In this document: piece by piece, positions 46,913 to 58,590 of the stretch
How the letters are laid out: every line of letters starts with the position of its first letter
Position numbering within the stretch: position 1 is the first letter of the stretch
Source: a bacterium
GTDB lineage: Bacteria; J088; JAWLBW01
NCBI GenBank assembly: GCA_041690355.1
Contig: JAWLHK010000006.1
Coordinates: 1-64,000, forward strand
Direction of reading: 5' to 3'
DNA: 64,000 nucleotides
Notes under the pieces: generated by a model
What the model was told of the DNA's origin: nothing
The model's database searches: none
What the model saw: only the letters and a program-made list of their open reading frames with translations
Translations under genes and position numbers: made by a program

Positions 46913-48937
46913 TCAGCGGGCTCCAGCCGCGGCAGAAGGCGCGCGGAGGCCCGGGGAGGGCGGTTCGAAACGGGCCAGGTCGGCGGCCACCGAGACACTC
47001 TCGTCGACGAGGGGGCGAACCGGATCTTCCGGTTCCTCCTGGCCTTTCGGAGCGGCCGCCTCTGTCGGATCGGCAGACTGCTGCAGGACGTCGGCGATGC
47101 GCACGACGGCCCCCTGCGCGATGCGTTCGGCATGCTTGCGGCGGATGCTCGCGAAGGCTTCGCTGGCGGCGCGGCGTGCCTTCGACTGCTCGGCCAGACG
47201 CCGTATCGTTTGGGCCTCGACGGGTATCCAGCGTTCGGCAGGCTTCAGGCTGTTGGCCTCGCGCGAAAGAAACGGGGCGATGCGCTGCGAGGGGAGCGAG
47301 TTTTCGATGGCCCGCTCGCCGAGGCTCGGGTCGCTGAAGGGCGACGGAAAGGGGATGTCGACGCCGACGCCGTCCTGCTGGGTCGACTTGCCGTCGGCCA
47401 GAAAGAACATGCCCATCGTGACCTTGATGGCCCCGGCTTCTTCAGGCAGATCGACGATGGTCTGGATGCTCCCCTTGCCGAACGTCCGGTCGCCGACGAT
47501 GACCGCCCGGCGATAGGCCTGCAGGGTGCCGGCGAGGATTTCGGAGGCCGATGCGCTCAGGCGGCTGACGAGGATGACGAGCGGACCCGCATAGACGGTC
47601 TCGCCGTCTTCATCGGCCAGCACGCGCACGCTGCCGTCGGCGTCGCGGGTGGCCACGACGGCCCCGCGGTTCAGAAAGAGTCCGGCGATGCGCACGGCGC
47701 TGTCGAGCAGCCCGCCGCCGTTTTTCGACAGGTCGAGCACGATGCCGTCGACTTTGCGCGCGCGGGCTTCGAGCAGCAGGCGGCGCACGTCTTCATAGCT
47801 GTCGCGGCTGCCGCCGCCGAATCCGCCGTAGAAGGAGGGCAGGTCGATGACGCCCACCGTGAGCGTGCGCTCGCCCTGCTTGCGCGTTTCGTAGCGGATG
47901 CTCGCGGCCTGATCGCGAACGTCGATGCGGTCGCGCACGATGGTGACGTCGAAGGTTTCGTTGCGCGCGCCGTCCTTGCGCAGAACCGTCAGGGTGACCT
48001 TCGTCCCCTTCTTGCCGCGAATCATGCGCACGACGTCCTTCAGGTCCATGTCGATGACCGGCACGGGTTGCCCGGCCTCCTGGCGCACCGAGACGATGCG
48101 ATCCTGCGGGCGCAGGCGGCCCGATCGATCGGCGCCCCCGCCGGGAATGATGCTTTCGACGATCGTGAAGCCGTCTTCGGAGAAGAGCGTGGCGCCGATA
48201 CCCTCGAGCGAGAGCTTCATCTGGATCTCGAAATCCTTGAGGTCCTCCCAGGAGAAGAAGGAGCTGTGCGGGTCGAGCGTCGTGGCGAAGCTCTCGGCGA
48301 AGCGCGCGTAGACGTCGGTCGCCCGCAGCTCCGAGGCGCGGCGGGTCGCGAGTTCGTACCGGTGAATCAGCAGCCGCCGGGCTTCGGCCGGCTCGACGCC
48401 CCCCTGCAGGTAGTTGGCGATCTGGAAGTGGACGAGATTCGTGAGCAGCCCGCGCCGCGCCTTGGCCGTGGCCGGAAACTTGCGCTTCTCGGAATCGGCG
48501 GTGATGGAGGCATCGTGATCGAGCCGGTACTTCGGGCCGAGCAGCTTGCGCACGAAGGCTTCGTTCTCCCGGCTGCGGGCCAGCACGAGGGCGGGCAGGG
48601 CGTCGAGCACCGGACACTTGCCCTGGGTCATGGCGTCGAACGAAGCCGGCAGCTCCTTGCGCAGGCGTTCGACGTCGGCGCGCAGCAGGAGCGTACGGGA
48701 CGGATCGAGGGCATCCGCCAGGCGTTCCGAGGCCTGGGTGAGAAGATCTTCGGCGAGCAGGCGCTGGCTGTAGTGCAGCTGCAGGTAGCCGTCGAGAACC
48801 GACGGCAGCTGGGCGCAGGCCAGGTCTGCAGCCTGCGCCGGGCGGCCGAAGGCGGCGCTCAGGGCGAAGACCAGAAGGGGCAGTGTGCCGGCGAGACGGC
48901 GCCGAAACGACGCCGGAAAACGGAGGGAGTGCATCAT
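46913..48937 (-). CDS. prc: Carboxy-terminal processing (tail-specific) protease, S41 family
   Basis: DPHSSF, PDZ LEGIGA, DLSKNGGGLL, SASASEI, TFGKG. Confidence 0.88.
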   Translation of the reverse strand: MMHSLRFPASFRRRLAGTLPLLVFALSAAFGRPAQAADLACAQLPSVLDGYLQLHYSQRLLAEDLLTQASERLADALDPSRTLLLRADVERLRKELPASFDAMTQGKCPVLDALPALVLARSRENEAFVRKLLGPKYRLDHDASITADSEKRKFPATAKARRGLLTNLVHFQIANYLQGGVEPAEARRLLIHRYELATRRASELRATDVYARFAESFATTLDPHSSFFSWEDLKDFEIQMKLSLEGIGATLFSEDGFTIVESIIPGGGADRSGRLRPQDRIVSVRQEAGQPVPVIDMDLKDVVRMIRGKKGTKVTLTVLRKDGARNETFDVTIVRDRIDVRDQAASIRYETRKQGERTLTVGVIDLPSFYGGFGGGSRDSYEDVRRLLLEARARKVDGIVLDLSKNGGGLLDSAVRIAGLFLNRGAVVATRDADGSVRVLADEDGETVYAGPLVILVSRLSASASEILAGTLQAYRRAVIVGDRTFGKGSIQTIVDLPEEAGAIKVTMGMFFLADGKSTQQDGVGVDIPFPSPFSDPSLGERAIENSLPSQRIAPFLSREANSLKPAERWIPVEAQTIRRLAEQSKARRAASEAFASIRRKHAERIAQGAVVRIADVLQQSADPTEAAAPKGQEEPEDPVRPLVDESVSVAADLARFEPPSPGLRAPSAAAGAR

Positions 48938-49037
48938 GAACCGTCTGGATATGATACAGGGTCGCGTCCGGTTCCTCCAGCGGCGTGCAGGGGATTGGTC
49001 TCCCGGCGGAGGGCAGGGTACACTGGACCGAATCCGT

Positions 49038-49472
49038 ATGTTCACGCTTCACCCGCGCCTTGCCGAAGACACGGTGCCCCTGGGCCGGTTCGAGCTTTCA
49101 CTCGTCCGCCTCATGGACGACGCCCGGTATCCCTGGTTCCTGCTCGTCCCCCGCGTGCCCGATGCCCGGGAGATTTACCGGCTCGCCGCGGCTGACCAGC
49201 AGCGCCTGTTGGCCGAGTCAGGCGCGCTCTGCCGGTGGATGGAGCGCGAGCTGCGCCCCGACAAACTCAACCTGGCCGCGCTGGGCAACGTCGTGCCCCA
49301 GCTGCACGTCCATCACGTTGCGCGCTACGCGGACGACGCCGCCTGGCCCCGGCCGGTCTGGGGGGTGCACCCGCCGCTTCCCTATGCGCCGGCCGCCCGG
49401 GAGGCCCTCGTCGCCCGGTTTCTCGCACGCCCGCCCGAGGGTTTCGTTCCCGACGGGGAGGAGAGAGCATGA
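49038..49472 (+). CDS. HIT family protein
   Basis: LGNVVPQLHVHHVAR, DAAWPRPVWG. Confidence 0.9.
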   Translation: MFTLHPRLAEDTVPLGRFELSLVRLMDDARYPWFLLVPRVPDAREIYRLAAADQQRLLAESGALCRWMERELRPDKLNLAALGNVVPQLHVHHVARYADDAAWPRPVWGVHPPLPYAPAAREALVARFLARPPEGFVPDGEERA

Positions 49473-51358
49473 GCCATTCTGCAGGCCGGGAACCCCGCGG
49501 CCGCTACCTGGCGACGCTTTCGCTGGCGTCGCTCGGCATCGTCTTCGGCGATATCGGCACCAGCCCGCTCTACGCGCTGCGCGAATGCTTCAGCGGCCCG
49601 CATGCCATCGCCGCGACCCCCGCGAACATCCTCGGGGTGCTGTCGCTCATCTTCTGGGCCCTGATCCTTGTCATTTCGGTCAAATACCAGGCCTTCGTTC
49701 TGCGGGCCGACAACCGGGGCGAAGGGGGCATCCTGGCCCTCACCGCCCTGGTGGCCCCCCTGCAGCGCTCGCCGCGCGCCCGGCGCAGCGTGCTCATCCT
49801 TCTCGGGGTGTTCGGCACGGCGCTGCTCTACGGCGACGGCATCATCACGCCCGCCATTTCGGTGCTGAGCGCCGTCGAGGGACTCAGCGTCGCCGCACCT
49901 TTCTTCGATCCGTACGTTCTGCCGATCACCATCGCCATTCTCGTCGGGTTGTTCGCCCTGCAGCGTAACGGCACGGCGCGCGTCGGGGCCCTGTTCGGTC
50001 CGGTGACGCTCGTCTGGTTCAGCGTTCTATTCGTACTGGGTATCTTTCGCATTGTCGACGCCCCTTCGGTGCTGCGGGCCGTGCACCCCGGCTACGCCAT
50101 CGACTTCTTCGCCGCCGAGAAGCTGCATGCCTTTGTCGTGCTTGGCGCCGTCTTTCTCGTCGTCACCGGGGGTGAGGCCCTGTACGCCGACATGGGGCAT
50201 TTCGGCCGGCGCCCGATCCGTCTCGCCTGGTTCGCGGTGGTGCTGCCGGCGCTCGTGACCAATTACTTCGGCCAAGGGGCCCTGCTCATGGTGAACCCTG
50301 CGGCAGCCGAGAACCCCTTTTACCGCCTTGCGCCGGCGTGGGCGTTGTATCCCCTCATCGCCCTCTCGACGGCCGCTACCGTCATCGCGTCGCAGGCTCT
50401 GATTACGGGCGCCTTCTCGCTCACGATGCAGGCCGTGCAGCTGGGCTACGCGCCGCGCATGGAGATCGCGCATACCTCGGCGTCTCAGTTCGGCCAGATC
50501 TACGTGCCCGGCGTCAACTGGGCGCTCATGGCGGCCTGTGTCGGGGTCGTGCTCGGATTTCAGTCGTCGAGCAACCTGGCCGCCGCCTACGGCATCGCCG
50601 TGACGAGTACGATGGTCATTACGGCGCTGCTCTTCTTCGCCGTCGCCCGCAGCCGCTGGCATTGGCCGACCTGGCTGGCGGCGCTGGTCGTGGGTTTCTT
50701 TCTCGTCTTCGACCTGGCCTTCTTCGGGGCCAACATCGTCAAGATTCCGAACGGCGGCTGGTTTCCCATTGTCGTGGCCGCCCTGATCTTCATCCTGCTC
50801 GTGACGTGGAAGCGGGGGCGCACGATTCTGGCCGAGCGCCTGCAGGCCGGCAGCCTGCCGATCGAGACGTTTCTCGAGAGTCTGCGGCGCAGCCCGCCGA
50901 CGCGGGTCCCCGGCACGGCCATCTTCATGTCGGGAAACGTGCGCAATACGCCGCACGCCCTTCTGCACAGCATGAAACACTATAAAGTGCTTCACGAGCG
51001 CACGGTCTTCCTGGCCGTACAGACCGAAGAGGTCGCGCACGTTCCCGAGCGCGACCGCGTCAACGTCGAGTCACTGGGGCAGGGCTTCTACGCCATCGAG
51101 CTGCACTACGGCTTCATGCAGGAGCCCGACGTGCCGGCGGCGCTCCGGTCCCTGCGGCTCGACGATCGGCCGATTGAGCCGATGGCCACCACCTATTTTC
51201 TCGGACGCGAGACCCTGATCCCCACCGATCGGCCCGGGATGGCCGCCTGGCGCGAGCGTCTCTTCGCGAGCATGTCCCGCAACGCGCGCCCGGCGACCGC
51301 CTTCTTCCGTCTGCCGCCGAACCGGGTCGTCGAACTGGGGGCGCAGATCGAACTCTGA
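49469..51358 (+). CDS. kup: Potassium transporter Kup
   Basis: GDIGTSPLY, GEGG, TPAISVLSAVEG, EALYADMGHF. Confidence 0.96.
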   Translation: MSHSAGREPRGRYLATLSLASLGIVFGDIGTSPLYALRECFSGPHAIAATPANILGVLSLIFWALILVISVKYQAFVLRADNRGEGGILALTALVAPLQRSPRARRSVLILLGVFGTALLYGDGIITPAISVLSAVEGLSVAAPFFDPYVLPITIAILVGLFALQRNGTARVGALFGPVTLVWFSVLFVLGIFRIVDAPSVLRAVHPGYAIDFFAAEKLHAFVVLGAVFLVVTGGEALYADMGHFGRRPIRLAWFAVVLPALVTNYFGQGALLMVNPAAAENPFYRLAPAWALYPLIALSTAATVIASQALITGAFSLTMQAVQLGYAPRMEIAHTSASQFGQIYVPGVNWALMAACVGVVLGFQSSSNLAAAYGIAVTSTMVITALLFFAVARSRWHWPTWLAALVVGFFLVFDLAFFGANIVKIPNGGWFPIVVAALIFILLVTWKRGRTILAERLQAGSLPIETFLESLRRSPPTRVPGTAIFMSGNVRNTPHALLHSMKHYKVLHERTVFLAVQTEEVAHVPERDRVNVESLGQGFYAIELHYGFMQEPDVPAALRSLRLDDRPIEPMATTYFLGRETLIPTDRPGMAAWRERLFASMSRNARPATAFFRLPPNRVVELGAQIEL

Positions 51359-51514
51359 CGGGGCGTGACGGCGGCCCCGGTTGTGCGCTACCATCCATCC
51401 CGCGGTTCTCTGCGGGCGGGCCCCTTCTCGAGCTGAGCCCGACGGTTCGCACGTCGATCCGTCGCGCCCAGTGCGGGAACCCTGCGTTTCCCCCGCGCTG
51501 CAGGGAGTTTCACT

Positions 51515-51865
51515 ATGTCCGGAATGCCCGTTCTCGCCCAGACCGCCGGGCTGCTCGTGCTGTCGAATCTCTTCATGACCTACGCCTGGTATGGTCACCT
51601 CAAGACGCTCAACGCCCGCGCCTGGTACGTGGCCGCGCTACTCAGCTGGGGGGTGGCCCTTTTCGAATACCTGCTGCAGGTTCCGGCCAACCGGATCGGC
51701 TACTCCGCCTACAGCCTCGCGCAGCTCAAGGTGCTGCAGGAGGTCATCACGCTGGCCGTCTTCGTGCCGTTCTCGCTGCTTTTCATGGGGCAGCCGCTGA
51801 AGCTGGACTACCTCTGGGCGGGGTGCTGCCTGATCGGGGCCGTCTACTTCATCTTCCGCGCGTAG
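51515..51865 (+). CDS. DMT family protein (DUF486-like)
   Basis: SNLFMTYAWYGHL, EYLLQVPANRIG, QLKVLQEVI. Confidence 0.9.
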   Translation: MSGMPVLAQTAGLLVLSNLFMTYAWYGHLKTLNARAWYVAALLSWGVALFEYLLQVPANRIGYSAYSLAQLKVLQEVITLAVFVPFSLLFMGQPLKLDYLWAGCCLIGAVYFIFRA

Positions 51866-51904
51866 GCAGTATCCGTCGGTTGGGGAATCGTGATTGCGAA
51901 CCGC

Positions 51905-52993
51905 TCAGAACATGAAGCGGCGCATCGAGATGTTCAGCAGCAGCCCCAGCGAAACCATGTTCAGCAGCAGGGCCGAGCCGCCGTAGCTGATGAACGGCAG
52001 CGGCACGCCGACGACGGGAAACAGGCCCAGGACCATGGCGATGTTGATGGCGGCCCCCCAGAAGTAGAGCGCCGTGATGCCGGCGGCCACGATCTGACCG
52101 AATCGATCCTTGGCGTTGAGCGCCACCTGCATCGCGAAGTAGAGCAGGGCGATCAGCGCGCCCATCGTCACGATGCCGCCGAGAAAGCCCCACTCCTCGG
52201 TCAGCACCGAGAAGATGAAGTCGGTGTGCTGCTCGGGGAGGAACTTGAGCTGCGCCTGGCTGCCGCTCATGAAGCCCTTGCCGGCGAACCCGCCCGAGCC
52301 CACGGCAATCATGCTCTGAATGATGTGGTACCCCTTGCCGAGCGGATCGCTCATCGGGTCGATCAGGGTCAGAATGCGCCCGCGCTGGTAGTCGTGCAGC
52401 AGAAACTCCCAGGCGACGAACGGTATCGGGAGGGCCATCAGCGTGAGCGTGACGAGCAGGCGGCGGTCGACCTTCACGAGCAGAAAAATCGTTCCGGCGA
52501 GCAGGATCTGGAACCCGGCCGAACCGAGGTCGGGCTGTTTCGCGATGAGCAGAAACGGGGCCAGCGCCATGAGGAGCGGAATGAACAACTCGCGCGCCGA
52601 GTAGCCGTTCGTGCGCCAGAACGACTGGAAATATTTGGCGAGGGCGATGATGAGCGCGAGCTTGGCGAACTCCGACGGCTGAATGGAGAACGAGCCGATG
52701 TCGATCCAGCGGCGCGCACCCATGGAGACGCGGCCGAAGGCCAGTACCCCCACGAGCATGGCGAATACGATGCCGTAGATGACGTACCCCAGCCGGTCGA
52801 GCACGCGGTAGTCGACGATCACGACCGGCACCATGGCGATGAGGCCGAGCGTGAACCAGAGCAGCTGCTTGCCGAAGTGGCTGCCGCCCGCGGTGGCGCT
52901 GTAGATGTTGATGAGGCCGATGGTGATGAGGACGAGACCGGCGATCAGCAGCTTGACGTCGAAGTTGCGGATGTAGCGTTTATCGAAGGCCAC
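51905..52993 (-). CDS. rodA: Rod shape-determining protein RodA
   Basis: QPSEFAK, QPDLG, FLPEQHTDFIF, PLPFISYGGS. Confidence 0.95.
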   Translation of the reverse strand: MAFDKRYIRNFDVKLLIAGLVLITIGLINIYSATAGGSHFGKQLLWFTLGLIAMVPVVIVDYRVLDRLGYVIYGIVFAMLVGVLAFGRVSMGARRWIDIGSFSIQPSEFAKLALIIALAKYFQSFWRTNGYSARELFIPLLMALAPFLLIAKQPDLGSAGFQILLAGTIFLLVKVDRRLLVTLTLMALPIPFVAWEFLLHDYQRGRILTLIDPMSDPLGKGYHIIQSMIAVGSGGFAGKGFMSGSQAQLKFLPEQHTDFIFSVLTEEWGFLGGIVTMGALIALLYFAMQVALNAKDRFGQIVAAGITALYFWGAAINIAMVLGLFPVVGVPLPFISYGGSALLLNMVSLGLLLNISMRRFMF

Positions 52994-54896
52994 TGTCCCC
53001 TCCGTCGGCGGTGTGGACCGTCGCGCCCCCGTGGCGGTCGAAATCCTCGATGGAAACCCCCTGGCGCTCGGCCGTGAGTTCGAAGTAGCGGGTGAGCAGC
53101 TGTTTGACGAGCGGCGCGGCCGTCGACGAACCATGGCCGCCGTTTTCGACGAGCGCGACGGCGACGATGGTCGGGTTGTCGACCGGCGCGAAGCCGACGA
53201 ACCAGGCGTGATCTTCGAGTTCAGCCGAGCCGGCCGAACGGGCGTCACCCTTGTAGCCGACGACCTGCGCCGTGCCGGTCTTACCGGCCATGCGGATGTT
53301 CTTGAAGGGGAGACGGCTCCAGTAGGCCGTGCCGCCCGGCTCGTTGACCACCGACGAGAGGCCGGCGCGCACGACGTTCAGCGTCGACGGCGACATCCGG
53401 ATTTCGTCGTGCAGCACCGGTTCGTAGCGTTTGACGGTCTCGCCGTTCTCGTCGACCGCCGAACGGAACAGGTGGGGGCGGTAGACCTTGCCGCCGATGC
53501 CGAGCGCGCCGTAGACGGTGGCCACCTGCAGCGGAGTGGCGAGGTTGTAGCCCTGGCCGATGGCGACCGAGATGGTTTCGCCGGGGTACCAGGGCTCCTT
53601 GAACCGGTTCAGCTTCCACCCGCTCGAGGGAACGATGCCCCCTTTTTCGCCGTCGACGTCGATGCCGGTCGGGCGTCCGAGTCCGAGGTGCGAAGCGTAT
53701 TCGGCCAGTTTGTCGACGCCGAGCTTTTCGCCCATCGTGTAGAAGAAGACGTCGCAGCTGTGCTTGATGGCGTCCTTGACGTCGACCCAGCCGTGCCCCG
53801 ACGGTTTCCAGCAGCGAAAGGTGCGGTTGCCGAAGCGATAGTAACCGCTGCAGTAGACCTTGCTCCACGGGGTGACCGTCTTCGTCTCGAGCGCCGCGAC
53901 GGCCGGAATGATCTTGTAGGTGGAACCGGGGGGATAGAGCCCGCGGATGGCCCGGTTCTCGAGCGGATGGTCGGGGTCGTCGCGCAGGCGGATCCAGTTC
54001 GTGCTCGAGATGCCGCCCGAAAACAGTTCCGGATCGTAGCGCGGCGAGTTGACGACGGAGAGAATCTCGCCGGTGCGCGGATCAAGTGCCAGCAGCACGC
54101 CGACCTTGTCCTTGAAGACTTCGCGGGCATAAAGCTGCAGATCGAGATCGAGCGTCAGGTGCAGGTTCGTTCCCGGTTTGGGGTCGTGCCGCCCGAGCTC
54201 GGCGATCTCGCGGCCCAGCGAGTCGACGCGCACCGTCTTGTAGCCGTCACGTCCCTTCAGGATACTTTCGTAGCGCCGCTCGATGCCCCCCTTGCCGATC
54301 TGATCGCCCTGCTGGTATCGGTCGTCCTCGCGCTCCGCATTCCACGCGTTCAGTTCGTCGGGGCTGATTTCCGAAAGGTAGCCCAGGAGATGAGGCGCGA
54401 TGTCGCCGTAAATGTAGCTGCGTCGGCTTTCGACGGCGATATCCAGGCCGGGAAATTCGAAGCGGTGCGCCTCGAGGCGGGCGAGCTCGCTCCACGACAG
54501 GCCGCGCTTGATGGGCACGGGCAGGTAGCGGGGGCCGCGGTAATCCTGCAGCTTCTTGGCGATCGCGGTCACCGGCATGCTGACGGCGTCGCTCATGAAG
54601 CCGATGAGGCGATTTTTGTCGCGCACGTCTTCGGGTACGATACCGGCGACGTAGTTCGGCTTGTTGTCGATGATGAGCTTGCCGAAGCGGTCGCGTATCA
54701 TGCCGCGCGAGGCCAGAATCTCCTTCATGCGGATGGAGTTTTCTTCACTCTCCTGCCTGAAGTGCGCCCCCTGGAAGATCTGCAGATACCAGAGGCGGGC
54801 GAGCATGAGCGAGAAAAAGGCCACGGCGATATAGAAGGCGATGCGGATGCGCGCCTTGAGGTATCGATCCTCGCCGTGTCCGAACGTAAACGCCAT
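52980..54896 (-). CDS. mrdA: Penicillin-binding protein 2
   Basis: PPGSTYK (SxxK), SCD, KTGTAQ, DHAWF. Confidence 0.95.
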   Translation of the reverse strand: MAFTFGHGEDRYLKARIRIAFYIAVAFFSLMLARLWYLQIFQGAHFRQESEENSIRMKEILASRGMIRDRFGKLIIDNKPNYVAGIVPEDVRDKNRLIGFMSDAVSMPVTAIAKKLQDYRGPRYLPVPIKRGLSWSELARLEAHRFEFPGLDIAVESRRSYIYGDIAPHLLGYLSEISPDELNAWNAEREDDRYQQGDQIGKGGIERRYESILKGRDGYKTVRVDSLGREIAELGRHDPKPGTNLHLTLDLDLQLYAREVFKDKVGVLLALDPRTGEILSVVNSPRYDPELFSGGISSTNWIRLRDDPDHPLENRAIRGLYPPGSTYKIIPAVAALETKTVTPWSKVYCSGYYRFGNRTFRCWKPSGHGWVDVKDAIKHSCDVFFYTMGEKLGVDKLAEYASHLGLGRPTGIDVDGEKGGIVPSSGWKLNRFKEPWYPGETISVAIGQGYNLATPLQVATVYGALGIGGKVYRPHLFRSAVDENGETVKRYEPVLHDEIRMSPSTLNVVRAGLSSVVNEPGGTAYWSRLPFKNIRMAGKTGTAQVVGYKGDARSAGSAELEDHAWFVGFAPVDNPTIVAVALVENGGHGSSTAAPLVKQLLTRYFELTAERQGVSIEDFDRHGGATVHTADGGDSGLR

Positions 54897-54898
54897 GG

Positions 54899-55414
54899 TC
54901 AGTCCAGTGCGATGCCGGTGCCGCCCCGGTGCAGGGGGGCCCAGCGCTCGTCGACGCGCGAGAGGTAGTGGAACAGCGGAACGGCCAGCAGGCTGTTGGC
55001 CAGCACGCGCCAGACGACGTCGGACAGCAGGATGGCGGCGTCTTTCTCGCCGATGATCAGCCGGAAGATGCCGGCCGCCAGAAGGTCGCTGACGGCGATC
55101 ATGGCCGCGCAGAAGACCGCATGAAAGAAAACGCTCTCCAGAAAGACGCGCCCGCGGACGAGACCCGACAGGTAGTACAGCGCGGCCGCGACGATGATGT
55201 GAAAACCAAAATGGCTGCCGGAGAAGATGTCGACCAGGTAGCCCAGAAAGAGCGCCACGAGCGCAAACGACGGCCCCGGGCGGAAAAGGCCGAGATAGAC
55301 GACGAGCAGCAGAACCGGGTCGACCACATGCGCCAGCGCAGGCCAGGGGGCCAGCAGGCTCGTCTTGCCGAGCAGCAGCGCAAACCCGAGGCCGGCGTAG
55401 ATCAGGTGAATCAC
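54899..55414 (-). CDS. mreD: Rod shape-determining protein MreD
   Basis: Hydrophobic 171 aa, GYLVD; located between mreC and mrdA. Confidence 0.8.
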   Translation of the reverse strand: MIHLIYAGLGFALLLGKTSLLAPWPALAHVVDPVLLLVVYLGLFRPGPSFALVALFLGYLVDIFSGSHFGFHIIVAAALYYLSGLVRGRVFLESVFFHAVFCAAMIAVSDLLAAGIFRLIIGEKDAAILLSDVVWRVLANSLLAVPLFHYLSRVDERWAPLHRGGTGIALD

Positions 55415-56748
55415 GGCTGGCTGGCCTCGGTGGCGGGTTCGGCGGTGTCGGGGGGCATCGCCGAGGGGATCGAGGGCATGGGGGCCGCCGCGGGCGCAGG
55501 CAGCGGCGTTGCGGCCCCGTCGATCGGCGTCGGCGCAGGGGTCGGAGAAACCGCAGGCTTCGGTCGCGGCCGAGGGCGCGGCCGGGTCGCGTCGGTGGCG
55601 GCGGCCGGGGTGCCTGGGTCGCGCGCCGGCTGCGCGGCGGCCGAAGGCGGCGTTGCAGAAGGCGCGGGGCGGGGCGCCGGAACAGGTTTTTCAGCGGGTT
55701 TCGAATCGGGCGCCGGTTGTGCATGCAGCGCCGGCTTCGGCGTGGGAGCGGGGGGCGGCGTCTGCGGGGGCAGATTGGCGCCGACGAGCTCGCGCGGGGC
55801 GGCCGGCGTCGGGACGGCGCGGCGGGGAATTTCAGGGGGTTCCGGTTCCGCTACGAGCAGCAGGGCCGGCACGGCAGGCTCCGTGACGGGAGACGGTGCC
55901 GAGACCGGCGCCTGAAAGGGGGGCATGGCGTCGCCTTCGCGGTAGCGCAGGACGAGCACGTTCTCGAGCCGGTGCACGGGAACCACGGTCTCGGCAAAGG
56001 CTTCCTGGAAGAGTCCGTAGGACTTGTGGCGCACCTCGGTCACGCGCGCGACCGGAATGCCCGCCGGATACATGCCGCCGAGCCCCGACGTGACCAGCAG
56101 ATCGTCGGGGCGCAGGTCTTCCGAACGTTCCACGTAGTTGACGAAGACGCGCCCGCGGCCGCGCCCGTTGATGATGCCCCGCGCGCGGCTGCGCAGGCTG
56201 ACGACCTCGACGGCGCTGTGCAGGTCGATCACCGGCAGCACTTTGGCCGAACGGCCGGCTACCGAGACGATGCGGCCCACGAGCCCTTCGTGCGTGGCCA
56301 CCGGCATGCCTTCTGCAATGCCGTCCTCAGCGCCGACGTTGATCGTGAAGCTGCTGAACCAGGCCGAGCCGTCGAGCGCGATGATGCGTGCCCCCACGGC
56401 ATCGAACCCGTTCTGTTCGCGCATGGCCAGCAGCCGCTGCAGGCGTTCGTTCTCGGTCGCGACGTTGCCGAGACGCATGAGTTCGCCGCGCAGGACGGCG
56501 TTCTCTTCGCGCAGGCGCTCGTTGTCGGCTTCGACGCCGACGAGCAGCACGTAGCGGTTCGCCGTGTTGCGCAGGAAGTCTGCGGTGCCCACCCAGACCT
56601 GCTGGGGGAAATAGGCGATGGTGTAGAGGACGCGCGAGGCGAAACTCAGCGTCCGGTCCTGCTTCCAGAAGATGGGAATCTGGAGGGCGAGGAGAAGAAT
56701 GGCCACTCCGACCAGAAGGTGCCGGTATTTGCGCAGGAAAGCGAGCAA
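55411..56748 (-). CDS. mreC: Rod shape-determining protein MreC with Pro/Ala-rich C-terminal tail
   Basis: Coiled coil ENERL, GLVGRI, TSGLGGMYPAGIPV. Confidence 0.93.
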   Translation of the reverse strand: MLAFLRKYRHLLVGVAILLLALQIPIFWKQDRTLSFASRVLYTIAYFPQQVWVGTADFLRNTANRYVLLVGVEADNERLREENAVLRGELMRLGNVATENERLQRLLAMREQNGFDAVGARIIALDGSAWFSSFTINVGAEDGIAEGMPVATHEGLVGRIVSVAGRSAKVLPVIDLHSAVEVVSLRSRARGIINGRGRGRVFVNYVERSEDLRPDDLLVTSGLGGMYPAGIPVARVTEVRHKSYGLFQEAFAETVVPVHRLENVLVLRYREGDAMPPFQAPVSAPSPVTEPAVPALLLVAEPEPPEIPRRAVPTPAAPRELVGANLPPQTPPPAPTPKPALHAQPAPDSKPAEKPVPAPRPAPSATPPSAAAQPARDPGTPAAATDATRPRPRPRPKPAVSPTPAPTPIDGAATPLPAPAAAPMPSIPSAMPPDTAEPATEASQP

Positions 56749-56770
56749 CGGCCTTCTTCTCCTCTACCGG

Positions 56771-57841
<1,071 letters not shown>

Positions 57842-57872
57842 TTACCGCAATGCAGCCGACAGGTAACGTGAA

Positions 57873-57902
57873 AGTATAGCAAGAAGGCCGCGCAATCGGC
57901 AA
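57873..57902 (-). promoter_or_regulatory. Putative sigma70 promoter of the mre operon
   Basis: Minus strand TTGCCG-N18-TATACT with TG extended -10. Confidence 0.55.
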
Positions 57903-58191
57903 GAAATCCAAGTATCCTCGCAGGGTTAGCGGCAGGGTTAGCGGCCGTTTTTCCGAGTCGGCTCTCGGGTTCGCTTCGTCTGCGCGGCTGAGCCGTCGGC
58001 GGGGGTTTCTGCTGGGGGAACTGCGTCACGCAGGGCGGGCGTCGTTCAGGCGCCGCTGATGACGACGGCGTCGCGAAGGGTGGAACCGCCGGCGGCAATG
58101 GGCGATAATATACCGATCGGCCGCGCATCGGGTTCCGCAGCGGGCGCCGGCACGGCCGCCAATCTACGGGCCGGTCACAGGATTACGCCGC

Positions 58192-58590
58192 ATGATTTCC
58201 TTTATCTTCAAATTTTTCGTCTTTGCCGCCGCCGCCGGCTTCTGCTGGTGGATGTTCGACGTCGACTGGCAAGGGGGCGAGATACGCATCACGACCCGCT
58301 TTTCCGAAGAGGCCGGCCAGGCGCGCCGCCTCTGGGAAGAGTCGGGCAAAAAAGTCGACCGGGTCCGCGAAGAAGCGACCGATCGCGCCCGCCGTAGCGC
58401 AGACGAAACGGTCGACACGGCCCGCGCCGCCGCCCGCCAGACGGGCGCCCGCGCCGTCGACAATGCCAAAGGGCAGCTCCGTCTCGACGTTCCGGGCCTG
58501 CCGCCGCCGGCGAAAAACGCCCGGCCCATGGAGAACGTCGAGGCCGGCCGTGACGAGATCGGCGACATCATTCAGGAGGAAGCCCGATGA
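58192..58590 (+). CDS. Hypothetical membrane-anchored protein
   Basis: N-terminal hydrophobic segment, helical charged remainder; ATGA overlap with bamD. Confidence 0.6.
   Translation: MISFIFKFFVFAAAAGFCWWMFDVDWQGGEIRITTRFSEEAGQARRLWEESGKKVDRVREEATDRARRSADETVDTARAAARQTGARAVDNAKGQLRLDVPGLPPPAKNARPMENVEAGRDEIGDIIQEEAR

Noticed and set aside
51359-51514. Riboswitch upstream of the DMT gene
   Set aside because: GC-rich hairpins are present but no riboswitch consensus is recognisable by eye.
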